Positions 43,503 to 57,484 of a DNA stretch of 64,000 nucleotides are shown here, one piece after another; position 1 is the first letter of the stretch; the number at the start of each line of letters is the position of its first letter. Made by a program: the position numbers and the translations under genes. The notes beneath the pieces are model-generated. The model was not told the DNA's origin, searched no databases, and was given only the letters and a program-made list of their open reading frames with translations. Origin of the DNA: Eledone cirrhosa (lineage: Eukaryota); assembly GCA_964016885.1 (NCBI GenBank), contig OZ024742.1:173786001-173850000 (forward strand). Reading direction: 5' to 3'.

Positions 43503-43547
43503 AGTCATAGTTCTTTCGTCACACACTCTGTGACCTCTTCAGTGACT
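43503..43547 (-). ncRNA. Minimal type I HHR in PLE 5' pLTR
   Basis: Identical to 39204-39248. Confidence 0.82.
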
Positions 43548-43579
43548 GGGGATTTCTTTCTTCGTTTCTGTGCCTTTCC

Positions 43580-45166
43580 AGCGAGAGCAAGGTTGAGTTC
43601 CGTGGGATTGATACCAGTGAGCTGGGACTTCTACTTAAGCTTACCCATAGTAATAGTTACCTAGACACTTATGACCTTAGCAACCTGTGCCCTACAAGAC
43701 CAGCAAGAGGCAGACCACCTACCATTACCTCAATGGCCAAGAAAACCCACACAGATAGATGGAACGGGTGGACCAGAGCCATACGGACACCCGAAAACCA
43801 CGATGAACTGAAGAAAATGATTGCACATGCGGTAGGGGCCAGCATAAAACTAACCCTTAAGGAACATATGTTCAAATTTAATGGTAAAACATATGCCCAA
43901 GAGGAAGGAGCAGCCATTGGTGTTAGCATTGCAGGCGACATAGCTAACTTATTCATGGTATGGTGGGACAGTAGACTTAAACAAAAACTTAATGAACAAT
44001 TAGAAGACAGCTTAACCCTGATAATGTACTCCCGCTACGTAGATGATATAAACATCGTAGTTAAGACACCCCCACTAAAGAACAGTCAGGAACTAGAGAA
44101 AAACACAATGGAAAGCATCCAGCAAATAGCAAACTCCATCCACCAGAGCATTAGAGTTACTATAGACTACCCAAGTAGACACCCCAACCATCGATTACCT
44201 GTACTAGACACAGAGCTCTGGTTAGATACTATTAACAACCAAAAACAAATCCTCCATTCCCATTATGCCAAACCCATGACTTCCAAACATCTGATCCACC
44301 GAAACTCGGCCATTTCGGACCATACCAAAATCAACATACTGATTGCGGATTTGGTACGGGTGATGAGAAATGTGTCCCGCATGTGCAACCCCGAAGAACT
44401 AGAGAGACACATACAACACTTCATCCACCGTATGCAGTTCTCTGGCTACAATCAGAGAGATAGAATCAGAGTGTATAAAGGAGCCATAACCAAATGGGAA
44501 AAAATGGTAAATAATGACATAAATGGGACCTACCCCTTGTATAGGGGCAAATTTTGGAATAGAATAGAAAGAACTAAGAACAAGGCCAATAGAATAAACT
44601 CATGGTATGATAGCAATAAATACCAGAGTGTAATGTTCATCAATACAACCCCTAGAGGCGAACTAGCCTACAAATTTAGAAGGGCCCTAAAGAAACATAA
44701 TCTCAATATTAAGATAGTAGAAAGACCTGGTACCTCCGTAAAAACACTTATTAGCAAGACATACCCGTTCCAAAGACCCTCATGTATAGATAAGAAATGT
44801 ATAACCTGTAAAATAAGCCCCCATATTAACTGTAAAACTAGAAATGTAGTATATAGCATAAGATGTACTGAAGGACAATGTAGAAACAAAAATGTAGTGT
44901 ACATAGGTGAGACAGCTCGTAGTATAGGGGAACGAATAAATAAACACTGGCGAGACCTCCAAGATAATAAAGAATCATCTGTGCTCTACCAACATGCTAA
45001 GATAGAACACAGGGGTAAATTAGAGAGCATAGAAATAAAAATAGAATCCACACACAAGAAAGACGCAATGTTTAGGCAAATTACAGAGGCAGTAAGCATA
45101 AAAGAATTAAAACCAAAATTAAATAGAAAATATGAGTGGAACAGCAACATCACAACTTACAATTAA
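43580..45166 (+). pseudogene. 5'-truncated inverted copy of the PLE ORF (RT C-half + GIY-YIG)
   Basis: ORF 43733-45166 differs from the full copy at five residues (F>L, C>Y, S>G, Y>H, E>K). Confidence 0.92.
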
Positions 45167-45471
45167 GGACAAAATGAAAACACACACACACATAGAACAA
45201 ACAACTTACAATTGAAAACACACACAAAATGAAAACACACACAAGACAAAATGAAAACACACACACAAATAGAACAAACAACCAACCAACAATAAATAAA
45301 TAAATAAACAAACAAATAGAAAAATATAAATAGAAAAATAGAAAAATGAACACAAACACACACAGACACCCGGATGTGGCGCATGCGCAAACTGAGCACG
45401 CAACCCACACACAAACAAAATGGCGTAGGATAGAAGAAAGGAAAGGCACAGAAACGAAGAAAGAAATCCCC

Positions 45472-45516
45472 AGTCACTGAAGAGGTCACAGAGTGTGTGA
45501 CGAAAGAACTATGACT
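45472..45516 (+). ncRNA. Minimal type I HHR in the inverted PLE copy
   Basis: Same motif on the plus strand. Confidence 0.82.
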
Positions 45517-45726
45517 ATATATATATAAACAACTATCTGGTTGTGGAACCAACCAACCAACCAGAAATTTATAAATTTGTAAATTTATAAATATTTAATA
45601 AATTAAATTGAAGTGAAACATTTGGTGCGTGTGTTTCTTATTGGCAACATGACCCTCCCAAAGTATAACAATATCGGTTTCAACACACGATTTCAGATAA
45701 AGAATCTTGCTAAACAAATTCAGAAA

Positions 45727-45759
<33 letters not shown>

Positions 45760-45775
45760 CATATATATATATATA

Positions 45776-46399
<624 letters not shown>

Positions 46400-46439
46400 C
46401 AGGAAGTTATAGATCCCATGAAGCATTGTGTAATGAGGT

Positions 46440-46790
46440 ATAAACGATTGTAGTTGTAAGGCCAAGACAGTGCGGGTATGGATATATAATATAAATGCAA
46501 ATGCAAAAGATATTGATGACAATTAGTCGTTTACCTTAAATTTATTTAAATATCCTTAATTTTCGAGATAATATTTCTTCTTCGGAGAGAAGTAAAGTGG
46601 TTAGTCCAGCGTTCTAATTAGCTTGCCAAGTCATGCTGACAGGATGATTTTCGAGATATTATCTCGAAAATTAAGGATATTTAAATAAATTTAAGATAAA
46701 AGACTAATTGTCAACAAAATCGTTTGCATTTGAATTTATATTCTATATCAATACCTGCATTGTCTTGGCCTTACAACTACAATCGTTTAT
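46440..46790. repeat. Fold-back mini-element with HHR-like remnant, next to (TA)n
   Basis: Arms 46440-46574 and 46655-46790. Right arm has gagat att atctc-GAAA-at-TA-agga; left arm retains ..cGAAGA.. upstream of the same motif. Confidence 0.7.
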
Positions 46791-46825
46791 ATATATATAT
46801 ATATATATATATTGTATATATATTC

Positions 46826-46873
<48 letters not shown>

Positions 46874-46875
<2 letters not shown>

Positions 46876-47288
46876 TAGACCTGAAAAATGCGCATGCTCA
46901 AAAGAGCCACAGAATGTTATAATAAACCATCAAAAGTGTGGGACTAGAGTTGTTGCTCAAAATATTGTAATCATTATGTATCATACACTCTGTGGCATCC
47001 TTTTATGAAAAAAGACTCATAATGAACTCAAGACGACACGATAATTAGATATTTAGTAATGATTAATACGAAATGCACTTAAACCGAATTCTGTATTATA
47101 AATTCACTTAGATAATTGTCGTGTCGTCTTGAGATCGTTATGAGTCTCTTTTTTATAAAAGGATGCCACAGAGTGTACGATAGATAATGATTACAATATT
47201 TGTGAGCAACAACTCTAGTACTACACATTTAAAGGTTTATTATAACATTCTGTGGCTCTTTTGAGCTTGCGCATTTTTCAGGTCTAGT
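46874..47288. mobile_element. MITE-like fold-back element with ~175-bp inverted arms
   Basis: actagacctgaaaaatgcgc...gcgcatttttcaggtctagt; arms 46874-47047 and 47113-47288. Confidence 0.8.
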
Positions 47289-47494
47289 TTAATATTTTCT
47301 TAAGGCAACGCTTGTAATAACTCTAGTTAAACATGATATATATTAATAATAAATTATCGTTGTAATGTAACTAGATTATAAAATTGTTATTTTATAAATG
47401 ATCTTATAAATATTATTGTAAGCTGTATAAACATATTTTCAGACTTTTAATAGTTAATATAAATTTAAAAAATCATATATAAATTAACAATATA

Positions 47495-47660
47495 ACTTAC
47501 CAAAACGAGAAAAATATTTTGATGATAAACGACGAAATACTGGAGGAAGGTTCGAAAGCAAAACGATAAATAAACGTGGAAACAAAGTGGCGGATGCTTT
47601 TGAGCAACAATTACTCCCGTTGGTTGATTAGCCAATAAAACGATGAAATTAGCCAATAAG
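47495..47660 (-). promoter_or_regulatory. Candidate promoter/first exon: tandem CCAAT boxes and downstream splice donor
   Basis: ATTAGCCAATAA at 47627-47638 and 47648-47659; minus-strand TTG|GTAAGT donor at 47500; locally raised CpG content. Confidence 0.35.
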
Positions 47661-49559
47661 ACGATACATTACAAAAGATGTTTGGGAGGCATCACCATGG
47701 CCAGCGATACCCCTTGAATTTGTTATTCACAAGCTACGCATGTATGTCACAGACACGCAGACTTAAAACATTCTACTGTTAGTCACTGCGTGTCTAACAG
47801 ATATATATTCACCAATTGTATGACGACAATGCGATAATTATTTATTATATAATGACTTTATGATACACCTTTGAAATAAGCATTGTTGGTTTGATGTAAG
47901 AAAGTGGGAAATGAAAGTGGAAAATGAAAACAGACACTTCTTTCTTAATATTGATACCATACACGTAATACCTTCCTTTGTGGATATATATGCATTGGAG
48001 TGTTTATGATTAATTACACAACAGTTTAATTGCTTGTTTAATAAGCCAACACAGATTATTGAATCGAAGAATATATACATATCTCCTACTATTGTTGTGC
48101 GCTTCGTGCTGTAACCGAAATAGAATCTTTAAATCTCTCTACATCGCTGAACAAATTAATTGCAAAACCTTACTCATTCTTACGAAGAATACGGTGACGC
48201 ACCTACCACTTCTATAAAGAACAACAAAAGACCAAATGAAAAGAGAAATTACGTACCCTCAAATCGAGATTCAGATCTAGAATAAACTTCCCGCAGAACA
48301 AATATACGGTCGAATTTGAGAATGTGAGAATTAATATCATAAATAGTCTTAGTTTAAGAAAGTACCCATTTAGGGATGAGAACACCAAAGTAAACTTAAT
48401 AATAATTGTTTCTGCTTTTTGGCACAAGGCCAGCAATTACCCAGTACATCCGTAAGGATGAAAGGCAAAGTTAAACTCGGCGGGATTTGAACTCAGATCA
48501 TAAAGGGACATAATTATGCTAGAAAGCATGGCGTCTGACCCTCTACCGATACCGCCAATTCACCACCCTATAATAATATCAATGTACTAAAGGACACAGG
48601 CGGTGTTCTAGTATATGAGACAAATATCCCGTATGGAATAGACGAGGGAATATTTAATAACATAAGCTACAGAGCTAAGGAAGAACTACAATGGATTAAT
48701 AAATATGGAAACCAATAAAATAATATCTAGACTCAACATAGAAAACAGGAATAACAATTAAGTATCACAAACTCAACTCTGAGACGGAATTAGTCGTTAG
48801 ACTCATTGTACCCTCCAAATCAAACATAGAGAATATCAGCAAAGTCAATAGGATTATACCTAGATTGAAGAATAAGACATAGCTCCAATTATGGTGTGGA
48901 AGCTAAGAGGTCATTGGATGGCATAAGGACATACACACAAGGATAGCATCAATTGTATACGGCTTGATATAGTAAGTAACTACTCATGTAGCTTAGCAAT
49001 ATTGCCGAGAGGAGATCGAAACATTAATTGCGGCTAGAACAATTATTAAATTCAACTGCTAATTATGGAGACTTAAAGGCAGGTACAATGACTTTAATAT
49101 CAATATGGTTTCTACAGACACGACACAAGTAACAGATCTCAATGTCTTAAAATGCTCCTACAAATTACGTTCATGATCCCGAAACTAAGTGGAGGTTTAT
49201 ATCGAGTAATGCACATTTTAATCCCATTAACCATGATAATAGTGCACTTGATAATAGTGCACTTGACAGGTAAAAGACATTGTTAATTGAATTATTTTAA
49301 AATATTGATTTAATCCTTGATAACAATCTAAACCAGAGATGTGGTATTAATTTCTAATTCTAAATGTTCAATAATTCTCATCTAGCAACACATTCTATAG
49401 CTTTGGCCGAAATAGCAGCACCAGCTAAATATAGCAGCTGTGTTAGACTCCTTAGTTTTATTTCACTTCTCACTTTCCAATCTTACATTCTGATACATCT
49501 TTCTCTCATTTTTTATTATAGTCTTTTATTATATTTTTTCATTGTCCCCTAATCGCATT

Positions 49560-49988
49560 TGATTTACTATTTCTATAACGTCCCTCCTCCACTTTCTTAA
49601 AGAAACCTTTTTTCGGCAACCTCCACTGGCCTACTTTCATACACATTCCTTAGAATTTGCCGTGTAGATTTCAGCTTCTACGCTTGACCGACTCTACCCA
49701 CTCCCCTATCGTTCTAGGCAAGTTCAGCCATCCCCACCCCGCACCCACTGCCATGATAGACTTTTCTGTGTCTGCTACAAATTTTGACCAATCCTCTTGA
49801 CAACCACAATCTTCCCATATCAGGAAGTACCCTTTGAAAAGTTCGGCTATTTATTTACCAGACTAAAAACACTCTTACTTTAGTCCAGAAATAGCCGTCG
49901 GGGTCATACTTTCTCCTATTACGCACTATATTACTCTAAGTACTCCGGTGCGTTATGGTCCATCTGGTTCCTTACCACAACTCCTTCG

Positions 49989-49992
<4 letters not shown>
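49560..49992 (+). mobile_element. Decayed PLE 3' fragment ending in the 9432-family tail and (TA)n
   Basis: LKETFFRQPPLAY..(S)L resembles the PLE RT-EN linker; the tail is shared with the 9432 and 37075 copies. Confidence 0.45.
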
Positions 49993-50037
<45 letters not shown>

Positions 50038-53000
50038 GAGAGAGAGGCTGCATGGAAGAGAAAAAACGGCCATATTTCTGGCTTTGTACTTTATTTATCA
50101 GTACCGAAAGGATGAAAGGTAAACGTAGGCTCAGTGCAATTTGCATTCAGAGTAGGTTTCCTGGTGGAATATCACAAAGGGATCTACCAAACTCACTATC
50201 GACTCTGCTCATTCATCTGTCATGTTTCTGTTGATATTTCAAGGTAAACATCTAAATCTATTCATTGTAAGGTAAACATTTCAAGGTAAACATCTAAATC
50301 TATTCTATCGCAAAGACTAAACTTCATCAGTGCATGAATAGTTTATCCATGGACGACGCCGTGTATTTAGCACCAGTGGCCAGCCTTCCAGTGTACATAT
50401 CTTGCTCCTAGTTTTGCGTCCCATTCTCCCAGATAAAATAATTTCAGCTTACAGTTTGGCAAGGCGACAATCCAAGATTTTGACACTTGTTGCTTTGAGC
50501 ACGAGATTGGCTCTTTGAATTACAGTTCATCCCATGTGCTATCCAATTTCATTCATAAGTGTCATGGGTCCATACGAGGCCCAAGATGCCACTCAGTGAA
50601 AACGGCCCTGGTATCTAATGATTGCGAGGCGAACTTCTTTGACTTTCGGTCACGCTGCTTCTATAAATTAAAACAAAATGAATATATAGCAACTTTAGTA
50701 AAAAAAACTTCATTTATTGAAATATATGATACAAAAAAAAACACCGTAAAGGGTGTCATATGACTTTTACAATCTCTCGTATATTTTCAAGATTTAAACC
50801 AAACACCAAAACAGAAACAATATGCAAACACTATCATTACATACCGCAACAGAATATGACTCAATACAAAAATCAATAATGTAAACTACTTGATGAAAAA
50901 GATTTCCTTTTATTTCCTTTTCTCAGAAATTTGTAGAAATTTTTTCTTTTCTTCTTTTTTTTTTGCTAGGATAAATACTTACCGAATCATGTTCCTTCAG
51001 ATGGTTTGAAACCAAACCTTAACAAAGTCGAAATATCAAATTCTTCAATCTGATTGAAACTAATGCATTTTTGTTTGTTTGTCTGCGTATGTCTTTTTGT
51101 TTTGTTTTCGTTTAATAGTTTTTTGTTTTGTTATTTATCACTTACTGTTTTATCTCATTTTTTACGTTGCTGTTGTATATTTTCTCTTTTTCTTTCGGGA
51201 CTTGTGTGATTTCCAGGGTTTTAATTTTATTTATTTTTTCATGGATATTTTTGGAAAAAGAATATTTTAGTTTTGAATAGCTATAAATATGACCGCTAAA
51301 TATGTTTCGCCTTTAAGGTTTTTTTTTTTACTTGATTTATATTTCTTTATTATTATTATCATTATTATTATTATTATTGTTGTTGTTGTTGTTGTTGTTG
51401 TTATTTTTATTATTATTATTATTATTATTATTCAGCATCTTTGTTGTTGAATTTCTTCTTCTTGATATCTATATAAAACTGATTTTTCACTGGGAAGAAA
51501 CCAGCTTGATAAATTTTACTTGAAAGTGTGTATATATTTTTATTTCATAATTTTTTCTGTCAGTAGACTTATTTCATGTTTCTTTTCATCCAAACATTAT
51601 ATTTCAGTTTTTCATTTTTTTTACAAGCTACACCTTTTATTAATTTCTTTTTTTATGTTATAAAATTATTATTATTGTTGTCGTTGTTGTTGTTTAGAAA
51701 GAAAAAAGAAAACATTACAGCAAAGTATTATTATTTGTAAAAGAAGAATCTTTTTTTTTCCAATTCATTTATTGCAAACAATATGGAAGATGCTATTAAC
51801 CGTTCCTTTAAAATGTTCTTAATAATTATATATACTTTTTCTTTCCTTTCTTAGAAACAAATGTAAAACTCTATTTAAGTTATAACGTTCTGAATAATTT
51901 ATATGTTAATGCATAGCTTTTATTATACATTAATTTATATACATTATCCATATGATAATATATAATAATTCTGACAGAATTGTTACTTTTTAGCAAAGAA
52001 TTTCTATAACGCTATTATGAATTTTCTTCTTAATAATCTCAAAATTGTAATAGTGAGGATTCATTAAAGAACTACTAAATCATTTATGAAAAATGTTTTG
52101 AAATAATTTATAACAAAAATATTTGGATACCTACTCAAAGGTCTTTCGAGAAACTGACTCAGCATGTTGTGTAAAGTGCTGAATTTTGATTTAGAGAGTT
52201 ATGAGTCTTCTTATTTGGGGGACGAGTAGAGCTGATTTAAAATTTTCATTATCTTATTTCTTATGGAAAATATTAGTTGTGATTTTTCAAATGATTTTGA
52301 AATTAATCAAAATTATAGAGTGAGTAAATGAGAATGTTCTTACATAAAAGTTTGTTTGAAGGTTTTTAAAACCTTTCATTGCCATATTTCTAATGAAAGA
52401 CACCACCTGTGGTTTTCAAATAATTTTGAAACTAATCAAGAATGTGGAAGGATAGTGTTTGGGACATAGCTTAACAAAGTGTCTTACATAAAATTATGAT
52501 GGGAAATCTTTAGATAAATAAACAATTTCTATCATACAATTTCCATCATCATCATGTTCAAACTGCTGTTGACATCGATGCCTCACTGAGGACTGGATCT
52601 TTGGATATATTTGTATCATATTCCTGGCAACACTTTCCCTTAATTAAATATGTTTTCATCTAATTGAAGACAGAGATAAGCACAGCTACAAGACTACAAT
52701 ACTTGTAGCATGTGTTTTGTAATACAACCATAAACTACTTGCCGGATGTTTCATGTGGTACAATATACTACATGTTAGATGTTTCATGTGCCTCCATCAA
52801 CTGACATTACTACTACATTTACAACATTTTATACAGTTTTTAGTTAAGTATTTCGTTGTGTTACATTAATGTACATATTCTCTGATGCAACCCCAATTAT
52901 GGTCAGAACTTCTTTCAGTATATTAATCATTATTTTCACTTTTCAGAGAAATACATAAATTTGAAAGGATTACATTTCTGTATACCCAATGTGTATATTT

Positions 53001-54732
53001 ATATACATCTTTTCACAGTCCCATTCTGTGTTGTATATATACAAAAATAAATTTAAAATATACTTCAGCTGCTTAGTGCAAAATTGAATATATTATGAAT
53101 TAAAATTTAGTCAAAATAGCTGCCACTTTCCTATAATGAGAGAGGCATCTGGCAATCTGACTCCTTAACCTCTAATTGCTTCATTTAAGATGGAGATGGC
53201 CATCAACAAGAACCAGGACCCATTAGATGGACAGCCTCTTTTAGAACATCTCCCTTGCTATTGTCCAATATGACATATTTGTAATTCTGCCCACAGAAAC
53301 AATGACATAAATTCTAGCTGATGTTTTGCCACATACATGAGATGATAATGTTATCAGGTTTTTTGTCAGGTGGTGGTGGTGGTGGGGGGGGGGGGATTTT
53401 GGTTAAAATCTGGAATTGGGGGAAACTGTTTGTGTCCTTGCTATGGCAGTAAGTAATTATGTGCATCATCATCATACATTTTTATCGATTTTTCCTTGCT
53501 GTTGTGTGATGGATGGGCCCTATTCAATGCAGCCTGCCACCTTTCATTATATTCCTATGCCATCCCTTCTGTGAGGTCCAGCACTTTGAGATAAGCTCTA
53601 ATCACCTAGATGTTATCAGTCTTCCGCTACTTCAACTACCTTCTACTGTCATCTCCTGGTATTTCTTCACCCAGCCACCATCATCCATTAGTATCCCACG
53701 TCCATTCATGCAGACTAAAATTACACATCCAACGGAGCATGCTCACTTCATTTTTAAACATACTCCACGTATGAATTCTGGATGCATGGCCATTTACAAT
53801 CCTGGCGGAATCATAGGTGTGCCATCATTATATATGGTGCACCTAGGACATTTAATCTAGGTTGAGATATCTCACTCCAGGTCAGAACACCATTGAGAAA
53901 GATATATAGTGGAGGAATCAATACCAGTTATAAACTGGTAATTTATTTATCAACCTTTAAAGGATGAAAGGCAAAGTTGAAGACAGCAGGATTTGAAATG
54001 AGAGTACAAAACATCATGCTACAAAGCACTATATCTGATATTCTAACATTCAGACATATAGGGTGCATCAAAATTAATCATCCAGTTATATTTAGAATTT
54101 TTACAAATGCTCAATATGTAAATAACTTTATTGAAATTTATAAAATTATTTTTTTTTTAAATTATATTCAGACATGTATTGTACAAGTATCCACATGATC
54201 ATATGGTCATTTGTTTAAAAAGTATTGCCTTTTGAAATACAGACGTTTTGATAATGCCTGTAAATTACATATATTTATTTGTTTATTTTCATTTATATAT
54301 TTATACACAGCCTGAAAAAGAATCTTATGATATGTATAACCATTGTCATTGTCCCTTCTAACAAAGCTAATCCCTGCTCAAGCACCAAAATAGCCTTAAA
54401 AATTACGTTGTATTGAACATTTGTAACATGTTTATCTACTCTTATCCACAGAATCAAACGTATACTCAGAAACGTACCCATCATATGACAGGTAAACCTC
54501 TTATAATTTAATACTGTTTATCTTTTTATTTGTTCTGCTTCTCTGCTAATATACTTCCAACACTTTTACATACAATGTTGCTGTCTCTTTCTGTCTTATC
54601 ATAATTACTGTCCTTTCCATTCACTCATAGTCATAATATCAGTGTTATCATAAAATTCAGAACTTATTTGTTGCAATTATATATATTATATACATATATA
54701 TATATATATGTATCTTTCTCTCTCTCTCTCTA

Positions 54733-54797
<65 letters not shown>

Positions 54798-54799
54798 CG

Positions 54800-54900
54800 A
54801 TGGACCGTGACTTGTGGAGAGATGCTGTGCTGAATAGGACCCGTACAACCCTTGCAAGCGGGGAAAAGCGGACGTAAAATTATGATGATGATGATGATGA
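54800..54900 (+). mobile_element. RTE-type 3' tail fragment; similar minus-strand pieces at ~33890-34130, ~53465-53700, ~57855-57900, ~62101-62140
   Basis: ...cttgcaagcggggaaaagcggacgtaaaatta(tga)n. Confidence 0.6.
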
Positions 54901-54930
54901 TTATATATATATATTTTATATATATAATAT

Positions 54931-55487
54931 ATGGTGGCTGCCAACTCGTTTTCGAGTACGGCCACTACTTTATATCCATGTAGGAGAACCCCTACCGATG
55001 CGCTGAACGAGTGTGACTTTTTAGTTCAGCCACCAACTTGAAAACTCTGGTACAAACACTACACATGTGACAATTATTGACACATAGTGCTGGGCCAATC
55101 GTACCATGTGACGACAAGTGCAGAGAGATCTCTAGATATAAAGCAATGCCTGTGTCGTGAAGCTTTTATAGTGAGCAAAGGCACTGCACCAAGCCAGTCC
55201 CACTCTCTTAACCAAGATAATATTTACCAAAAAGAACAACAAGTCAACATCATTGGATACCATCAGGGTTGCAGGTGTTATATCAGAGTTTTCCTTCTCC
55301 TAGAATTCTGCCTTGACAAAGGCTAAAGGGTCATCTCTCCCGGTGATTTTGGATGGCCATTGACTCTTAAGAGCTCCTTAGCCCTTTGACACGTTTTGTT
55401 TTTAGTCCTGCAGGATGTCCAAAGTCACCCTCCTCACCAAGAAACCTTGGTGGGGTTGCCAGTCCAGTCGCCAACGACCCGACCATG
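54931..55487 (-). mobile_element. RTE-derived non-autonomous element, near full-length copy
   Basis: Reverse complement matches 15234-15672 and 57555-57797. Confidence 0.9.
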
Positions 55488-55512
55488 GGACATGGTCGGG
55501 TCGTTGGCGACT

Positions 55513-56440
55513 TAAAGAAAGACAAACTGAATATCAACAAAGATGTGCAGGAACTTCAGCAAGAACTGAGAGCAAAAACTTCAAAATTAGAAAGTGCTGA
55601 ACGACAGTTTCAAGAGAAGAATTCATTGATTAGGGCAGCTAGAAATGAAAAGTCACAACTAAAGAGCGATTATGAAATGCAAATGCAGCTGAATCAACAA
55701 AAATTTGAACAACAGGAATATGAGCGACAGAGACTGGAAAACGAGTGCCGGGCACATAAACAAAAGAATCATAAACTACATATTTTGAAAAGCCTTGTGA
55801 ATGAACATTCGGAATCTAGTTCTAGCACCATACCATCAGTTACTCCAAAGCCAGTCAAAAAATTAAGAACATTCACTACACCAGCTCCCTACACTGCTCT
55901 CAGACCTGACCCAGTTCCACGGAAACCTATAACAAGGCTAGCTGCTGCACGTTCCCTCCATGATTTAAACCAAATTGGTTCTTCATCTTCCAAAAAAGGG
56001 CCTGCACCACCACCACCAAACCCACGTCATAGACGATCAAATTCTTTCTCTAATGCTGAAACATGGTTGGAACACAGGGGCCGAGACCATGAACAACTTG
56101 ACACTGTCATGCAACCGAAGCTGAAGAAGAAACGATCAGTGACTAAACTGACTGAGAAAGACACTAAAGAAGTATCCAAGTATTGCCTTAACCATCAAGA
56201 GTTAGGATCAGATGGAGAAATGAACTGTTTAAGGGTAATGTTGTACCTACAGCTACAGGAGGCTGCAGAATGGTTTTTGATGAAGTAGAGATGGTAAAAC
56301 GTGGAAATTCTGGCAATGGCAAGAAACGGCACAGCCCACCTAGCCAAAATGCTCATGGTAACAGTGAATGGACTGATACAGATACCCGTTGTGGCTATGG
56401 TATTGATGGGCATAAGAAATATAGACCGACTGAAGTATAG
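55513..56440 (+). pseudogene. KIF23: Processed, 5'-truncated retrocopy of kinesin-6 KIF23/MKLP1 (coiled coil + C-terminal tail), frameshift at ~56222
   Basis: NPRHRRSNS..W.EH, LDTVMQP, KY.L.HQELGSDGE, then after a frameshift LFKGNVVPTATGG..MVFDEVE and EWTDTDTRC, all matching the MKLP1 tail. No introns. Stop at 56438-56440. Confidence 0.88.
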
Positions 56441-56623
56441 AATATTTACCATAAGCTACCTAGCTGAGGGTAATTTGGAGTCCAGCATTGTATATATTGA
56501 ACATTATATAACTGACATTAGTAATGGTTAAACAAAGCTGAGTGTGTGTATGTGTGTTCATGTATATGTATATATGTGTGTGTGTGTGTTTATACACACG
56601 CACACACACACCCTCTCTCTCTT

Positions 56624-56666
<43 letters not shown>

Positions 56667-56716
56667 TATGCACTTGGACATGTGCATGCATCAGCATCGT
56701 TGAACATCCACAAATA

Positions 56717-56766
<50 letters not shown>

Positions 56767-56957
56767 GACACACTTGTACATACATCATCACTGTTTAAAG
56801 TCCACAAACATATATATATATATGTGTGTATGTGTATGTATGTATGTATGTATATATGTACGTATGTATATATGTATGTATGTATATATGTATGTATGTA
56901 TGTATGTATATATATGTATGTGTATATATATATATGTATGTATTTATATATGTTTAT

Positions 56958-57268
56958 ATCGGAGTTATCCCAGTTTCCTGAGTTGCCTTCTCCTGGAGGA
57001 ATGCCCTGACAAAGGCTCAGTAGTTACCGATGATGTTGATCTTTTCTCCTTTTCGGGTTATAGCTACTGTCGCTCAGAGAGTGGGATTGGCTCAGTGCAC
57101 AGTCTTTCCTCACTTTAAAAAGAATCTTCACACACAGGCATTGCACGATAAAATTAATTAATAATTATTAATAATGTTATATCGTGCAATGGCCATACTC
57201 GATAACGAGGGGGCAGCCATCATCATCATATATGTATGTATATATATATGTATGTATATATATATGTG

Positions 57269-57299
<31 letters not shown>

Positions 57300-57451
57300 G
57301 TATATATATATATGTATATATATGTATGTATATATATGTATATATATATATGTATGTATATATATGTATATATATGTAGTATGTATATATGTATATATAT
57401 ATATGTATGTATATATGTATGTATGTATATATATATATGTATGTATATATG

Positions 57452-57484
<33 letters not shown>

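Larger units (their letters stand above)
39045..45729 (-). mobile_element. Young Penelope-like retroelement insertion: full-length copy with pseudo-LTRs plus inverted 5'-truncated copy, in (TA)n
   Basis: Direct repeat 39045-39280 = 43344-43579. 43580-45729(+) is a near-identical inverted copy starting at the equivalent of position 41140. (TA)n at 39005-39048 and 45729-45756. Confidence 0.95.

Noticed and set aside
48600-49330. Possible decayed LINE RT; also a possible PLE RT remnant at 28600-29100
   Set aside because: Similarity too faint to support without a profile search.
55386-56288. 300-aa ORF as an intact host gene
   Set aside because: Starts at TTG in antisense TE sequence, lacks the motor domain and frameshifts before the true C-terminus.
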